DNA from: a virus
Lineage: Duplodnaviria > Caudoviricetes
DNA: 64,000 nucleotides
IMG/VR virus record: IMGVR_UViG_3300037504_000149
Strand: one strand, 5' to 3'
The notes below the pieces were generated by a model. It saw nothing but the letters and a program-made list of their open reading frames with translations. It was not told where the DNA came from and searched no databases. Below, piece by piece: positions 19,210-28,625 of the stretch (position 1 is the stretch's first letter; the number at the start of each line of letters is the position of its first letter). The translations under genes were made by a program, and so were the position numbers.

Positions 19210-19295
19210 GCCGGAGTGGCGAAATGGAAGACGCGGAAGATTCAAAATCTTCTAAAGGTTACTTTGTGTGGGTTCAAATCCCACCTCCGGCACCA
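19210..19295 (+). tRNA. tRNA-Leu(CAA)
   Basis: Cloverleaf, loop TTCAAAA, variable arm, CCA. Confidence 0.92.
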
Positions 19296-19308
19296 CTTAA
19301 GGAGTATT

Positions 19309-19833
19309 GTGTATAAAGCCGACTATATAAACAATACCTATGAAGCATTTGAGTTAGGTAGTACCAGTTATAATACTGAGCATGATTGGCAGCTTAACGG
19401 CGTATTATTCTTAACTGAAGTAGAAGATGGAAAAACACCTAGTTTATTACCACTGATCAAGTCAATAGATTTTAGTAAAAATTATATACTAGGCTTAGTA
19501 ACTAAATTTCAAGATCAAAAAATAATTTTCTGCCCTCCCATTGTAGGTAATTTATGGGCTATGCTATACTCTTTAGATAATAATGATCATATCGCTGATG
19601 CATTTTCAGAAATAGAGTTTACTAAGGATCTACAGAACGCAGCAGTATATTTAACTCATAGTGGTAAGTGGAGTGTTGAAAATACTAATAATTTAGTACC
19701 ATTTCCTTTTGGAAGAATACGACGAGTGGTTTTACATGATGAAGATATCGATGTTCCATTCTTTACAATGCTTTGGTATCCTCAAGCATTTACCGCTATA
19801 CAAGAAATTCACGCTAGAATAGATAAGGAGTAA
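19309..19833 (+). CDS. hypothetical protein
   Basis: GTG after AAGGAG; track ORF start overlaps tRNAs and was trimmed. Confidence 0.7.
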   Translation: MYKADYINNTYEAFELGSTSYNTEHDWQLNGVLFLTEVEDGKTPSLLPLIKSIDFSKNYILGLVTKFQDQKIIFCPPIVGNLWAMLYSLDNNDHIADAFSEIEFTKDLQNAAVYLTHSGKWSVENTNNLVPFPFGRIRRVVLHDEDIDVPFFTMLWYPQAFTAIQEIHARIDKE

Positions 19834-19835
19834 GT

Positions 19836-20306
19836 ATGTATTTACAAGAATTTTTAAACAACTCTTACACAGGGCTTAGAGAAGGTACGTTAAAATTAGA
19901 AAATGATACTGATGAAGAGCTATCAGTGGATACGTTTAAGAAACTTTACACTGAATTGAAGACTCACGGAGTAATTCCAAATAAGGCTTTCAAACATTTA
20001 ACACTACACTTAGAAAAAGCTAGTGATGATCTAGGGCATACGTGGTACAATGTATATGCTTCTGATGGAATTACGCCAGTTAAGATTGGTTTAGAGGCGA
20101 TAACTTGGGAGCAATGGCTAGGTATACAAGTCGATCCTGCTGTAGTTGATCGAGGTTTAGTTGCTGCTTGTGTTATTGCAGAAGCTATGACAGAATTTGG
20201 TTCGTCGTACTATGAGCATCGAAAAGCGGTAGCAGAATTTTCTGCTATTATGGAACAGCAACATTCTGCTGATGAGGATTCAGAAATTGTCAAAGAGCTA
20301 CATTAA
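19836..20306 (+). CDS. hypothetical protein
   Basis: AAGGAG RBS. Confidence 0.7.
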   Translation: MYLQEFLNNSYTGLREGTLKLENDTDEELSVDTFKKLYTELKTHGVIPNKAFKHLTLHLEKASDDLGHTWYNVYASDGITPVKIGLEAITWEQWLGIQVDPAVVDRGLVAACVIAEAMTEFGSSYYEHRKAVAEFSAIMEQQHSADEDSEIVKELH

Positions 20307-20802
20307 AAGCTTTGGGTATAGACAATTTTACTACCGTAACCATCTTGTTAGGCGTGCATATTCAAGATGTGATCTAGCGCTTAATCCTCGTGATTTGGAA
20401 AGAATTAAAACTAAATTACGTAAAGGATACACTAGATTAGCTGAGGAAAACAACAAGTATTTAATTCACGAAGTCACTTTAGGTAAGTCTGTTATTTTTG
20501 CTGTTATTGATAAAAGTAGTAAACGATTAGTGACATTTCTCAATAGTCTAGATTGTAAATTTTCACGTAGTAAAGAGTTAGAAACCGATGCTTTTAGGTT
20601 TTATAAGTATGTATTAAGACCACAAGACCTAAAGCAAATAACTAAATTGATACAGTCTAACCGTAGTTTACCATGTGGTAAAGCTAACGATAGATATAGT
20701 GTTAGGCAAGTTAATTACGACAAAATAAGTTTTCTTGTAGAGTATGACAAGAGATCACACAAAGTAACAGCTTTCCTGCCACCCGAGATGAAGTGTAGAT
20801 GA
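20272..20802 (+). CDS. basic hypothetical protein with internal domain duplication
   Basis: PRDLERIKTKL...KRLVTFL and PQDLKQITKLI...HKVTAFL. Confidence 0.65.
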   Translation: MRIQKLSKSYIKSFGYRQFYYRNHLVRRAYSRCDLALNPRDLERIKTKLRKGYTRLAEENNKYLIHEVTLGKSVIFAVIDKSSKRLVTFLNSLDCKFSRSKELETDAFRFYKYVLRPQDLKQITKLIQSNRSLPCGKANDRYSVRQVNYDKISFLVEYDKRSHKVTAFLPPEMKCR

Positions 20803-20810
20803 ACTACCGT

Positions 20811-20886
20811 GGGAGAAGTAGTCTAACGGTCAAGACAACTGGTTGTGGCCCAGTCGATTCCAGTTCAACTCTGGACTTCTCCCCCA
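20811..20886 (+). tRNA. tRNA-His(GUG)
   Basis: G-1:C73 pair, loop TTGTGGC, CCA. Confidence 0.92.
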
Positions 20887-20946
20887 ACTTTTGCAACTAT
20901 AACTAGCATGGTTAGTGCTTGTTAGCATTATACCGAAGGAGACATC

Positions 20947-21387
20947 ATGGAAACAAGGAACTTCGATTTTATCATTCGTGAAGCTGATGGTATGGGTCGC
21001 GGTACACCTAAAGCTATGGTACGTATCGTAGCTGTAAAGCCTTTTGATGAAACGTCTACCTACATAGAAGTCGATCGTGCTACTGCAATATGCCACCCTA
21101 AAGACAATCCTTCTAAAGCTATGTTTAGGAAGATTGTTAGTGGCAGACTTCAGGCTCTTAAGACTACAAAAAGTATACTAGCTAAAGCTGCTTCCTTTCC
21201 TGATAAAGAGGTAATTAAAGCTAAACGACGCTACAATTCCTTGAGGGATAAGAAGTGTACCATAGAAACAGATAAGGAATTGGTATTGCCAAGGATACCT
21301 TCTAAGTTAAAGTTGGAAGAGCCTTTAGTAGCTAAAGAAGATTCAGATGATTTAGTCTATCATTTCTACCTTTGTAAGTCGTGGTAG
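20947..21387 (+). CDS. hypothetical protein
   Basis: AAGGAG RBS. Confidence 0.7.
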   Translation: METRNFDFIIREADGMGRGTPKAMVRIVAVKPFDETSTYIEVDRATAICHPKDNPSKAMFRKIVSGRLQALKTTKSILAKAASFPDKEVIKAKRRYNSLRDKKCTIETDKELVLPRIPSKLKLEEPLVAKEDSDDLVYHFYLCKSW

Positions 21388-21402
21388 TGATTACAGTAAC
21401 AC

Positions 21403-21479
21403 GGGGGAGTAGTGCAGTCTGGTAGTACACCTGCTTTGGGAGCAGGGAGTCGCGGGTTCAAATCCCGCCTTCCCCACCA
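21403..21479 (+). tRNA. tRNA-Pro(UGG) copy 1
   Basis: Cloverleaf, loop TTTGGGA, CCA. Confidence 0.92.
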
Positions 21480-21492
21480 TTTACAATGTTTT

Positions 21493-21624
21493 AGTAAGGT
21501 CTGGACCACCGGGGCTGCCGTACACATTAATCTACCACAGGGTATTCAGTCCCAGTTAGTTACGGCGGAGTCTGGCTCCTCCAGCTAAGTAGTCGAAGGC
21601 GGTGGATAAGACTACTGTTTTACT
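21493..21624 (+). ncRNA. putative structured ncRNA between the two tRNA-Pro genes
   Basis: Stems ctgga/tccag, gccgta/tacggc, agtagtc/gactact; possible pseudoknot ccaccg/cggtgg. Confidence 0.55.
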
Positions 21625-21625
21625 T

Positions 21626-21702
21626 AGGGTAGTAGCGCAATCTGGTAGTGCACCTGCTTTGGGAGCAGGGGGTTGTGGGTTCGAATCCCACCTACCCTAC
21701 CA
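21626..21702 (+). tRNA. tRNA-Pro(UGG) copy 2
   Basis: Cloverleaf, loop TTTGGGA, CCA. Confidence 0.92.
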
Positions 21703-21721
21703 TAATTAATTAGGAGATACA

Positions 21722-22087
21722 ATGTGTGACAAAAAGATTCCATTGTACAATAACATTCCTCCAACTCCTGAAGACTTAAAAAAGTCGATCATTAAATATT
21801 ATGGAGCACTGCTCGCATTTGAAGGTAAAAACCCTTCAATGAGTGACGAAGATGTACTCTACTGGAGTAATTGGGGAGATTATCGTCAGTCCGAGATTTG
21901 GTCGCACGTCTTTGTAGTAGCTCAAGAACAGCAGTGGCCAGTTGAGATAAACTTTTCTACAGAAACGGGAGAAGGATTGTATGCAGTAAGTCTCTCCGAT
22001 ACAGAATGGTGGTTGAATGCTTTCCCTACTGAAGAGGAAGCAGTAAAGTTTTGTAAGCAGCATAATTTAAATCTAAGAGATATGTAA
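21722..22087 (+). CDS. hypothetical protein
   Basis: AGGAG RBS. Confidence 0.7.
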   Translation: MCDKKIPLYNNIPPTPEDLKKSIIKYYGALLAFEGKNPSMSDEDVLYWSNWGDYRQSEIWSHVFVVAQEQQWPVEINFSTETGEGLYAVSLSDTEWWLNAFPTEEEAVKFCKQHNLNLRDM

Positions 22088-22090
22088 CGT

Positions 22091-22167
22091 GGGGTAGTAG
22101 GCAAATTGGTCAAGCCGCCTGCCTGTCACGCAGGAAATTGCGGGTTCAAGTCCCGTCTACCCCGCCA
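22091..22167 (+). tRNA. tRNA-Asp(GUC)
   Basis: Cloverleaf, loop CTGTCAC, G73-CCA. Confidence 0.93.
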
Positions 22168-22304
22168 TAACTGATTTTAACCTTACTAATTTTTTAAGAG
22201 GTTTATAATACCTTTGTATTACCCTGTGGTAGCAATATCAGAATACTGGTAACAGCGCATCACCTGTCCCATCCTAATATTCCTATATCTCAAAAGGAGA
22301 TCTT

Positions 22305-22628
22305 ATGTCATTATCAGAAAAGGAAATTCGCACTAGATTATACAGTTCAGAACTTAAGATAGCACAATTACATTATATGATAAGTGTTTTGGTACAAAAG
22401 TTAGAACGGGAGAATGTGGTAGAAAAGGATTACCTGAGTAAACTTCTAAATTCCAAGGAGGCGGCAGCGGATACTTTGTCTAAGAGGAATCAAACTGCTT
22501 TAGAGCATTGGCGTAAGTATGCGCTAACAGAGGAAGTCACTCCTATGACTTCGGAGATTCCAGAGGAAGATACTCCTACGACTTCGGAGATTACAGAGGA
22601 AGATACTCCTACGACTTCGGATAGTTAA
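22305..22628 (+). CDS. hypothetical protein with C-terminal 11-aa tandem repeat
   Basis: 33-bp unit about three times at 22528-22621 (EEDTPTTSEIx). Confidence 0.7.
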   Translation: MSLSEKEIRTRLYSSELKIAQLHYMISVLVQKLERENVVEKDYLSKLLNSKEAAADTLSKRNQTALEHWRKYALTEEVTPMTSEIPEEDTPTTSEITEEDTPTTSDS

Positions 22629-22736
22629 GGTGACAGTAAATGGTAGATAGTATTGGTACATTGTTCTTCCGTATTTTACTGAAAGTATTATTATGGCCTT
22701 TCATCATTATAACTTTTGTAACAAGGAGAAAACACA

Positions 22737-23282
22737 ATGATAGCATACCGAATTAAGTTTGTATTAAATCCGGGACAACCCATACTCATTTGGGACGAGT
22801 TCCATAATGGTAAAGTGATAGTAGAAGCCCCTACAACGAAGAATCGTAAAGTAGATACTACAACATATGAGAAAGGTAAACCTATCGAATCTACTTATAC
22901 GGTTGAAGAAGCGTTGGATAGGGGAGAAAAAGAAATATTTTTAGAAGATTTAAACGCGACACATTTAATGAAACATGATGGTAAATTTCGTAGAATTGCA
23001 AATATTGAACGTTTAGGTTTCCCTCCTGGAATTACAAAAGAACAAGCAGCTAATCCAGACATAGAAGATAATGATTGCCTATTTGATGATTGTAGTGGTA
23101 AACTAATCTTATGTCCTGTACGAAAAGACTCAATACCTGGAGTATCGTTATTGTACTGTCCTAGTTGTGATATGAGTTTTAGTATATGTGAGGATTGCAG
23201 AGAGATACTAGCTGATATAAACGTCATTATGATCAGGGGAAATGTATACTGCAAAGAGTGTGCACAAAAATATGCTAGATAA
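22737..23282 (+). CDS. Cys-rich zinc-finger-like hypothetical protein
   Basis: CPSC, CEDC, CKEC. Confidence 0.7.
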   Translation: MIAYRIKFVLNPGQPILIWDEFHNGKVIVEAPTTKNRKVDTTTYEKGKPIESTYTVEEALDRGEKEIFLEDLNATHLMKHDGKFRRIANIERLGFPPGITKEQAANPDIEDNDCLFDDCSGKLILCPVRKDSIPGVSLLYCPSCDMSFSICEDCREILADINVIMIRGNVYCKECAQKYAR

Positions 23283-23338
23283 CACAACACTATCAAGTTT
23301 GGTTGTTACTTTAATTAGATTGTTAAGGTGATATAACA

Positions 23339-23764
23339 TTGTTGAACTCAAGTAAACAATTTTGGTCATTTTATAGTTTACCAGACTATAAGTTGTGCTT
23401 GTTTATTAATAAAGACACAATAGTTAAAGGTCCACGTACTGGAGCTTCCACTGTTCGTGAAGCAGATTTGCAAAGAGTTTACCATACCTTAGATAAAAAT
23501 ATAGACAAACGAATAGGTACGCTTCTGTATGAAAAAGGTCTTATTGTGTTTCCTATTAGTAGTGATTTTTTAGCCTTCCCCGTGCGAGAACACTGGTGGA
23601 ATCCAAAAAATCCTGCTATAATAAAGAAGTCATGCGAGCAGCTCGTCAAGTGGGCTAATTACCGGAACGAGTATAAATACGTGCTGCGTAATCCGGGAAT
23701 AGGTGACGACGCTCTTAAGCCGTTAGAAGCTGTTGATAACGTAGTAATTACTGAGCCATCGTAG
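23339..23764 (+). CDS. divergent macro-domain-like (ADP-ribose-binding) protein
   Basis: FPVREHW...IIKKSCEQL...NPGIG resembles phage macro-domain FPTKxHW...PxxGxG; stop codon lies inside tRNA-Thr. Confidence 0.55.
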   Translation: MLNSSKQFWSFYSLPDYKLCLFINKDTIVKGPRTGASTVREADLQRVYHTLDKNIDKRIGTLLYEKGLIVFPISSDFLAFPVREHWWNPKNPAIIKKSCEQLVKWANYRNEYKYVLRNPGIGDDALKPLEAVDNVVITEPS

Positions 23765-23831
23765 CTCAATTTGGCAGAGCAGCCGCCTTGTAAGCGGCAG
23801 GTTGAGGGTTCGAGGCCCTCCGATGGCCCCA
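23755..23831 (+). tRNA. tRNA-Thr(UGU)
   Basis: Cloverleaf, loop CTTGTAA, CCA. Confidence 0.92.
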
Positions 23832-23845
23832 TAATTTAATAGTTC

Positions 23846-23920
23846 GCGGGCGTCGTCCAATTGGTAGGATGGGAGGTTTCCACCCTCCTGATGCCGGTTC
23901 AAATCCGGTCGCCCGCTCCA
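23846..23920 (+). tRNA. tRNA-Gly(UCC)
   Basis: Cloverleaf, loop TTTCCAC, U73-CCA. Confidence 0.92.
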
Positions 23921-23942
23921 ACTGTTTAGGATAGGAGTTTCA

Positions 23943-24200
23943 ATGAATTCTGTGGCGTACTCGTACACCTCTCCGTATGATATTTTTGATGTCATAGAAG
24001 CTACTCCCTCCATACCACTTGTTAAATGGCCTGTATGTCCACTGTGCGCTGCGTATGGGCAAAATGTACCTCAAACACCCTACTTACATCCAATTAAATT
24101 AACTACTTACTGGGAATGTGAACATCATGGTCATTGGAGATATGTAAAGAATGGCTGGAAAAGATTCTTCGATCCAGTAAACGGTCCGTGGGGTGCATAA
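23943..24200 (+). CDS. small zinc-finger-like protein
   Basis: CPLC...CEHHGH, AGGAG RBS. Confidence 0.65.
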   Translation: MNSVAYSYTSPYDIFDVIEATPSIPLVKWPVCPLCAAYGQNVPQTPYLHPIKLTTYWECEHHGHWRYVKNGWKRFFDPVNGPWGA

Positions 24201-24201
24201 T

Positions 24202-24549
24202 ATGGTAGATGAAATAATTAAATTAAAACCTACAAATTGGTATATACTATTAGTGTTAAAGCATTTAGATACACAACGTGGCGAAGCTGTTAATATCATG
24301 AGTATAATATCTAAATCTGTTAAAATGTTTAAAGAAAAGTTTGAGGGATTCTGTTTTACCTCTATTAAAGATACATTAAATAATCTTAAAGCAGTAGGAT
24401 TTGTTGTTTCTTCACCAATAGATAAAGAAAACTATGCCCCTGGACCTCACGTAAGGTGGCAGATAACAAAAGCTGGTAAAGAGCATATACGTAAGACAAC
24501 TGATATCTTTGGCAGACCCAAGAAGAAGTATCTTGCTCAGGAGGACTAA
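24202..24549 (+). CDS. winged-helix-like hypothetical protein
   Basis: LNNLKAVGFV...WQITKAGKE (PadR-like wing). Confidence 0.6.
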   Translation: MVDEIIKLKPTNWYILLVLKHLDTQRGEAVNIMSIISKSVKMFKEKFEGFCFTSIKDTLNNLKAVGFVVSSPIDKENYAPGPHVRWQITKAGKEHIRKTTDIFGRPKKKYLAQED

Positions 24550-24551
24550 GG

Positions 24552-24815
24552 ATGTCTCACCACGTAAACTTCAACTTAGACTCTTTAAGTTTTGAACGTA
24601 ACATGAGTAATGACAGCTACTTAACTAACAGACAAGTGCAGGCTGGTAAACATACTATAGAGATCATTACATGTCCTGAAGGTTCCTATTTGTTTAAGCA
24701 GGACGATGGTGAGTGGGGTGCTGGTAAGGTGCTGTCTTCAAAACAGAAAACGCAGTTACTTAGTACTAGTGAAGATACATTTATTGACGAAGCAAATCAA
24801 ATGTTAGGAGAATAA
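24552..24815 (+). CDS. hypothetical protein
   Basis: GAGGA RBS. Confidence 0.65.
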   Translation: MSHHVNFNLDSLSFERNMSNDSYLTNRQVQAGKHTIEIITCPEGSYLFKQDDGEWGAGKVLSSKQKTQLLSTSEDTFIDEANQMLGE

Positions 24816-25211
24816 ATGTGGCGTTGGGCAAAAGATAAGTGGACAAGCCAAGAACACACGTGGGATATTTTCGGTTATAGTCTGTTGAGTCACGATAAGA
24901 TTGCTCACTTTCTAGGTGGCTGGCTACTATTCCCCCTATTAGCTATATATGTAAGTACACTGACAGCTATAGCTATATCCCTCGGTTTCTGGTGGTTGTG
25001 GGAAGTTAAAGACGCCTTAGTTCCTTACGAAAAAGTAGGTTGGTTAGGGGGCGATGGTTTTAGTTGGAAGGATGGTTTAGCCGCAACACTTGGTATAGGA
25101 TTAAGTGTTCTACTTACTATTAGTTTAGGTTCGTTGGTTGGTTTAATCAGTGGACCAGTATTAGGCGTAACAGCTATGTTGATTAGACCCAAACACGAGA
25201 TAGGAGAGTGA
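24816..25211 (+). CDS. membrane protein (YfiM-like motifs)
   Basis: DKIAHF...WEVKD...GFSWKD, hydrophobic. Confidence 0.65.
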   Translation: MWRWAKDKWTSQEHTWDIFGYSLLSHDKIAHFLGGWLLFPLLAIYVSTLTAIAISLGFWWLWEVKDALVPYEKVGWLGGDGFSWKDGLAATLGIGLSVLLTISLGSLVGLISGPVLGVTAMLIRPKHEIGE

Positions 25212-25303
25212 ATTATGTTAAGTACCAAAGATCACAACAAAGATGAAGCCCTTTTTGGGGATGGAAAAGAAAACAACTTACTAACTATCCAGAACGTAAA
25301 CTT

Positions 25304-25648
25304 GTGGAAGTTGAATTAACGGATGGTACACACGCTGATTGTAAGTTTACAGTAGTATATCCTTATCCAAATATACACTATAGCAATTTAGACAACGTGA
25401 TAAGGTTACACATAGCCGAAGAAGGTTTTCGTGCAAGTGTAGATAAGTTGATGGAGGATATGGAAATGGATTACGAGTTAACCATAGAGCATGAGCACTG
25501 TGTTACAGAACCCACTAATGATTACTTACAAGTTAATGGGTATCATGTTACACTAAAGGTTAAAAGTGATCCTGTAAAGTGTATGATTCAGAATCGTGAT
25601 AAGAATCTTCGTGAAGCGTTTGTTAGTATAAAGCGCCTATTAAGTTAA
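25304..25648 (+). CDS. hypothetical protein (start uncertain)
   Basis: 114-aa ORF. Confidence 0.55.
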   Translation: MEVELTDGTHADCKFTVVYPYPNIHYSNLDNVIRLHIAEEGFRASVDKLMEDMEMDYELTIEHEHCVTEPTNDYLQVNGYHVTLKVKSDPVKCMIQNRDKNLREAFVSIKRLLS

Positions 25649-25729
25649 GATGTAGTTGGCAACACTTGGTATAGATAGCTGTTACGCCTAAATTAAGCTA
25701 CAGTATACTATGTAAACCTTAGTAAGGAA

Positions 25730-25803
25730 TGGGGAGTAGACTAGTGGCAGGTCAGGAGACTTTGAATCTTCAGGCGGTGGTTCGATCCCACCCTCCCCAG
25801 CCA
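25730..25803 (+). tRNA. tRNA-Gln(UUG)
   Basis: U1-A72, loop CTTTGAA, CCA. Confidence 0.92.
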
Positions 25804-25840
25804 ACATTCCAAGACATTAACGACCACACTATTTAACTAG

Positions 25841-25914
25841 TGGGGAGTAGTGCAATGGCAGCACGCTTGGCTCTGGACCAAGTAATGTAGGTTCAAGTCC
25901 TACCTCCCCAGCCA
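25841..25914 (+). tRNA. tRNA-Gln(CUG)
   Basis: U1-A72, loop CTCTGGA, CCA. Confidence 0.92.
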
Positions 25915-25938
25915 AGTTGAAATAATTACGGAGAAATT

Positions 25939-26157
25939 ATGAGCATTGTAAAATATAAGCATCATGAACATGATGTGTACGTAAAGGAAGAATATAAAGG
26001 AAAACATAACGATATATGTTTATGTATAGATTGTAAGCATAGTAACTTCACAGATCACGAAAGTAGTTGTCCTCTAGCTGCTATGCTTTATGCGTTCTGT
26101 CGCGAACATGGTGGGACAGCTATACGTTCTGAATGTCCTCGTTATGAAAGTAAATAG
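25939..26157 (+). CDS. small Cys/His-rich protein
   Basis: CLCIDC, RBS GGAG. Confidence 0.65.
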   Translation: MSIVKYKHHEHDVYVKEEYKGKHNDICLCIDCKHSNFTDHESSCPLAAMLYAFCREHGGTAIRSECPRYESK

Positions 26158-26166
26158 TTAAAGTAT

Positions 26167-26242
26167 GGCGCTATCGAACAAGTGGTTAGTTCACCGGCCT
26201 TTCAAGCCGGAGATCCCGGTTCAATTCCGGGTAGCGTCACCA
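26167..26242 (+). tRNA. tRNA-Glu(UUC)
   Basis: Cloverleaf, loop CTTTCAA, CCA. Confidence 0.92.
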
Positions 26243-26328
26243 AATTTTATAAAGAAGTATGTAGGTATAACTGCTTAGATTTTATGCAGATTACAACAAA
26301 CTAGAGAATTACAACAGCAGGAGTTTAC

Positions 26329-27240
26329 ATGCCTTTCTTCGCCCCACCCAAAACTTTTCTAATCATAGATAGTTTTAACTCTATTTTTCGTAGTCACTAT
26401 GCGTATAAACGTAAGCCATTAACTTGTAAAATTGTAGAAGACGGCGAAGAACGTACACAAGTAGTGAGTGCACTTTATGGTACTTTACGTATTATCTCTT
26501 CCGCTATCCAAAATTACAAACCTGATAATTTTGTAGTGGTGTTAGATTCTAAAGGTGGTAACTTTAGGCATGAGCTTTTTCCTGAATACAAAAAACAACG
26601 AAAGCCTATTCCAGAGGAATTACCGTGGCAAATAAATAAACTAAAAGAAATTCTACCTACATTAGGTTGGCCTGTCGAAGCGATTAAAGGTTACGAAGCT
26701 GACGATATAATAGCTACTATAGTATCTAAGATAGAAGAAGAAGAAGATGACTATGAAACTTACATAATGTCTCAAGATAAGGATTTACTACAGTTAGTTA
26801 CGTATAATGTTAAACTTATTACACGTAGCACAAATAATCCTCAATATCAGCGTGATGGTATGTATGTTCAGGATCGTTATAATCTCCTAACTCCTCAGTT
26901 TCGCGATTACTTAGCTCTAAAAGGAGACGCATCAGATAACTTACCAGGAATTAAAGGTGTTGGAGAAAAAACTGCTACTAAGTTATTGAATAAGTATGGA
27001 GATTTAGAAGGTATTCTTGAAAACGCAGATAAGATAAAGGGTAAAATTGGTAAGCGTTTACAAGAAGGAGCAGATACCGCACGGCTGATGTATAAATTAG
27101 TTGGCCTTAAGACAGATGCACCAATTAGTCCTTTGGATGAATATGTTGTTGGTGAGCCAACTGAAGATGCTTTACGGTTGTTGTCTGAACTTGGATTTGT
27201 CAGTTTAATAGAGTCTATGGGTTTAGCAAGGGAATTCTAA
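26329..27240 (+). CDS. 5'-3' exonuclease / flap endonuclease (Pol I N-terminal-like)
   Basis: FRHELFPEYK, EADDIIAT, DKDLLQL, GDASDNLPGIKGVGEKTA. Confidence 0.95.
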   Translation: MPFFAPPKTFLIIDSFNSIFRSHYAYKRKPLTCKIVEDGEERTQVVSALYGTLRIISSAIQNYKPDNFVVVLDSKGGNFRHELFPEYKKQRKPIPEELPWQINKLKEILPTLGWPVEAIKGYEADDIIATIVSKIEEEEDDYETYIMSQDKDLLQLVTYNVKLITRSTNNPQYQRDGMYVQDRYNLLTPQFRDYLALKGDASDNLPGIKGVGEKTATKLLNKYGDLEGILENADKIKGKIGKRLQEGADTARLMYKLVGLKTDAPISPLDEYVVGEPTEDALRLLSELGFVSLIESMGLAREF

Positions 27241-28211
27241 TGATAAAACAACTTAGAGAACAGTTAATTAATCATCCCCTTAGTGGCAAGTTTATTTATG
27301 CTGCATTAAGTGGTTCACATCTGTATGGTACTGAAACTCCTACAAGTGATGTAGATGTTCGCGGTGTTTTTAAAGCAGACCTAGAAGATATCATTTTTCA
27401 GAAAGACGAGAAAGTTTACAGTTTTGATTTGATGTTAGATGGGGAGCGTGTAGATAATCAATTTACAGAATTTCGTAAATTTATATACGATGCTAGTATA
27501 GGTCAAACTTACGCTTTAGATATATTATTCGCTAATCCAGAATCAATAATCTACGTAGATCCACAGCTAGGTAGATTATTATTGAAACATAAAGATAAAT
27601 TATTATCCAGGAATATGTCAGCAATAGTACACTATTGTATAAACCAAGCGAAAAAATACACAGAACGTGGAAAAAAGTACAATACATATAAACAATTGCA
27701 GATATTTTTAAAACCTTTCAAACCTAACACTAAGTTGTGTGAAATAGATTTAGTTGATGCTCCAGTAGACATAGTGTCTAAAGTTAATAAAGGTACTGGT
27801 ATTGAAGAAGATTTTATTAGTATAGGAAATAAACTATTTCCTATGAATACTAAAGTAAACCAACTTCGTATGAGTTTGAAAACTACACTAGATAATTATG
27901 GAGATAGAGTTAAAGAAGCAGCTCAACAGGGTAAAGATTTTAAAGCTTTATCTCATGCTTATAGACTTGTTACTGAACTAGAAGAATTGTGGTTGACAGG
28001 TAAAATAACTTTCCCTCTTAAAAACCTAGAGTTTATTAAACAAATTAAACGTGGTGAGTACATATGTGATGATTATGGTAGCGAATTACATAATCATATT
28101 GATACTATCTTAGAACAACCAACAAAACTACCAGAAACTTACGATGAAGATTTTTGGAATAGTATTATCAAAAACGCATATATGTACCCTCAAAGTGACC
28201 CTCTGAAATAA
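27240..28211 (+). CDS. Pol-beta-superfamily nucleotidyltransferase (T4 NrdC.11-like)
   Basis: GSHLYGTETPTSDVDVRG; KALSHAYR. Confidence 0.85.
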   Translation: MIKQLREQLINHPLSGKFIYAALSGSHLYGTETPTSDVDVRGVFKADLEDIIFQKDEKVYSFDLMLDGERVDNQFTEFRKFIYDASIGQTYALDILFANPESIIYVDPQLGRLLLKHKDKLLSRNMSAIVHYCINQAKKYTERGKKYNTYKQLQIFLKPFKPNTKLCEIDLVDAPVDIVSKVNKGTGIEEDFISIGNKLFPMNTKVNQLRMSLKTTLDNYGDRVKEAAQQGKDFKALSHAYRLVTELEELWLTGKITFPLKNLEFIKQIKRGEYICDDYGSELHNHIDTILEQPTKLPETYDEDFWNSIIKNAYMYPQSDPLK

Positions 28212-28224
28212 TTTGAGATTTAAG

Positions 28225-28253
28225 TTGTAATGCTGTATAAATTATGGTATAAT
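28225..28253 (+). promoter_or_regulatory. sigma70-type promoter
   Basis: TTGTAA-17-TATAAT with TG. Confidence 0.7.
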
Positions 28254-28283
28254 ACTATCTGATTGAAGAGTGGCTTGTCTTGT

Positions 28284-28359
28284 GCCCCTGTAGCTCAGAG
28301 GACAGAGCATCGGACTTCTAATCCGAGTGTCGAAGGTTCGATTCCTTCCAGGGGTGCCA
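28284..28359 (+). tRNA. tRNA-Arg(UCU)
   Basis: Cloverleaf, loop CTTCTAA, CCA. Confidence 0.93.
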
Positions 28360-28360
28360 T

Positions 28361-28437
28361 CCCCCAGTAACTCAGTAGGATAGAGTAACGGTTTCCTAAA
28401 CCGTAAGTCGCAGGTTCGATTCCTGCTTGGGGGACCA
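28361..28437 (+). tRNA. tRNA-Arg(CCU)
   Basis: Cloverleaf, loop TTCCTAA, CCA. Confidence 0.92.
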
Positions 28438-28453
28438 ATCTTGATAGATTTCT

Positions 28454-28482
28454 TTGACTTTTGAGTGTGATTATGTTATACT
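28454..28482 (+). promoter_or_regulatory. sigma70-type promoter
   Basis: TTGACT-17-TATACT with TG. Confidence 0.8.
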
Positions 28483-28510
28483 AGATTTGTTAAAATCACA
28501 ATTCGGTTAT

Positions 28511-28597
28511 CCGGGGGTGGCGGAACTGGTAGACGCAACGGACTTAAAATCCGTTGGGAGCAATCCCGTGAGGGTTCGACCCCCTCCTCCCGGACCA
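28511..28597 (+). tRNA. tRNA-Leu(UAA)
   Basis: Cloverleaf, loop CTTAAAA, variable arm, CCA. Confidence 0.93.
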
Positions 28598-28625
28598 AAC
28601 GCATCTTAGATGAGTAAATACAATT

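Noticed and set aside
22528-22621. 33-bp tandem repeat as a regulatory array
   Set aside because: In-frame coding repeat producing a low-complexity acidic tail.
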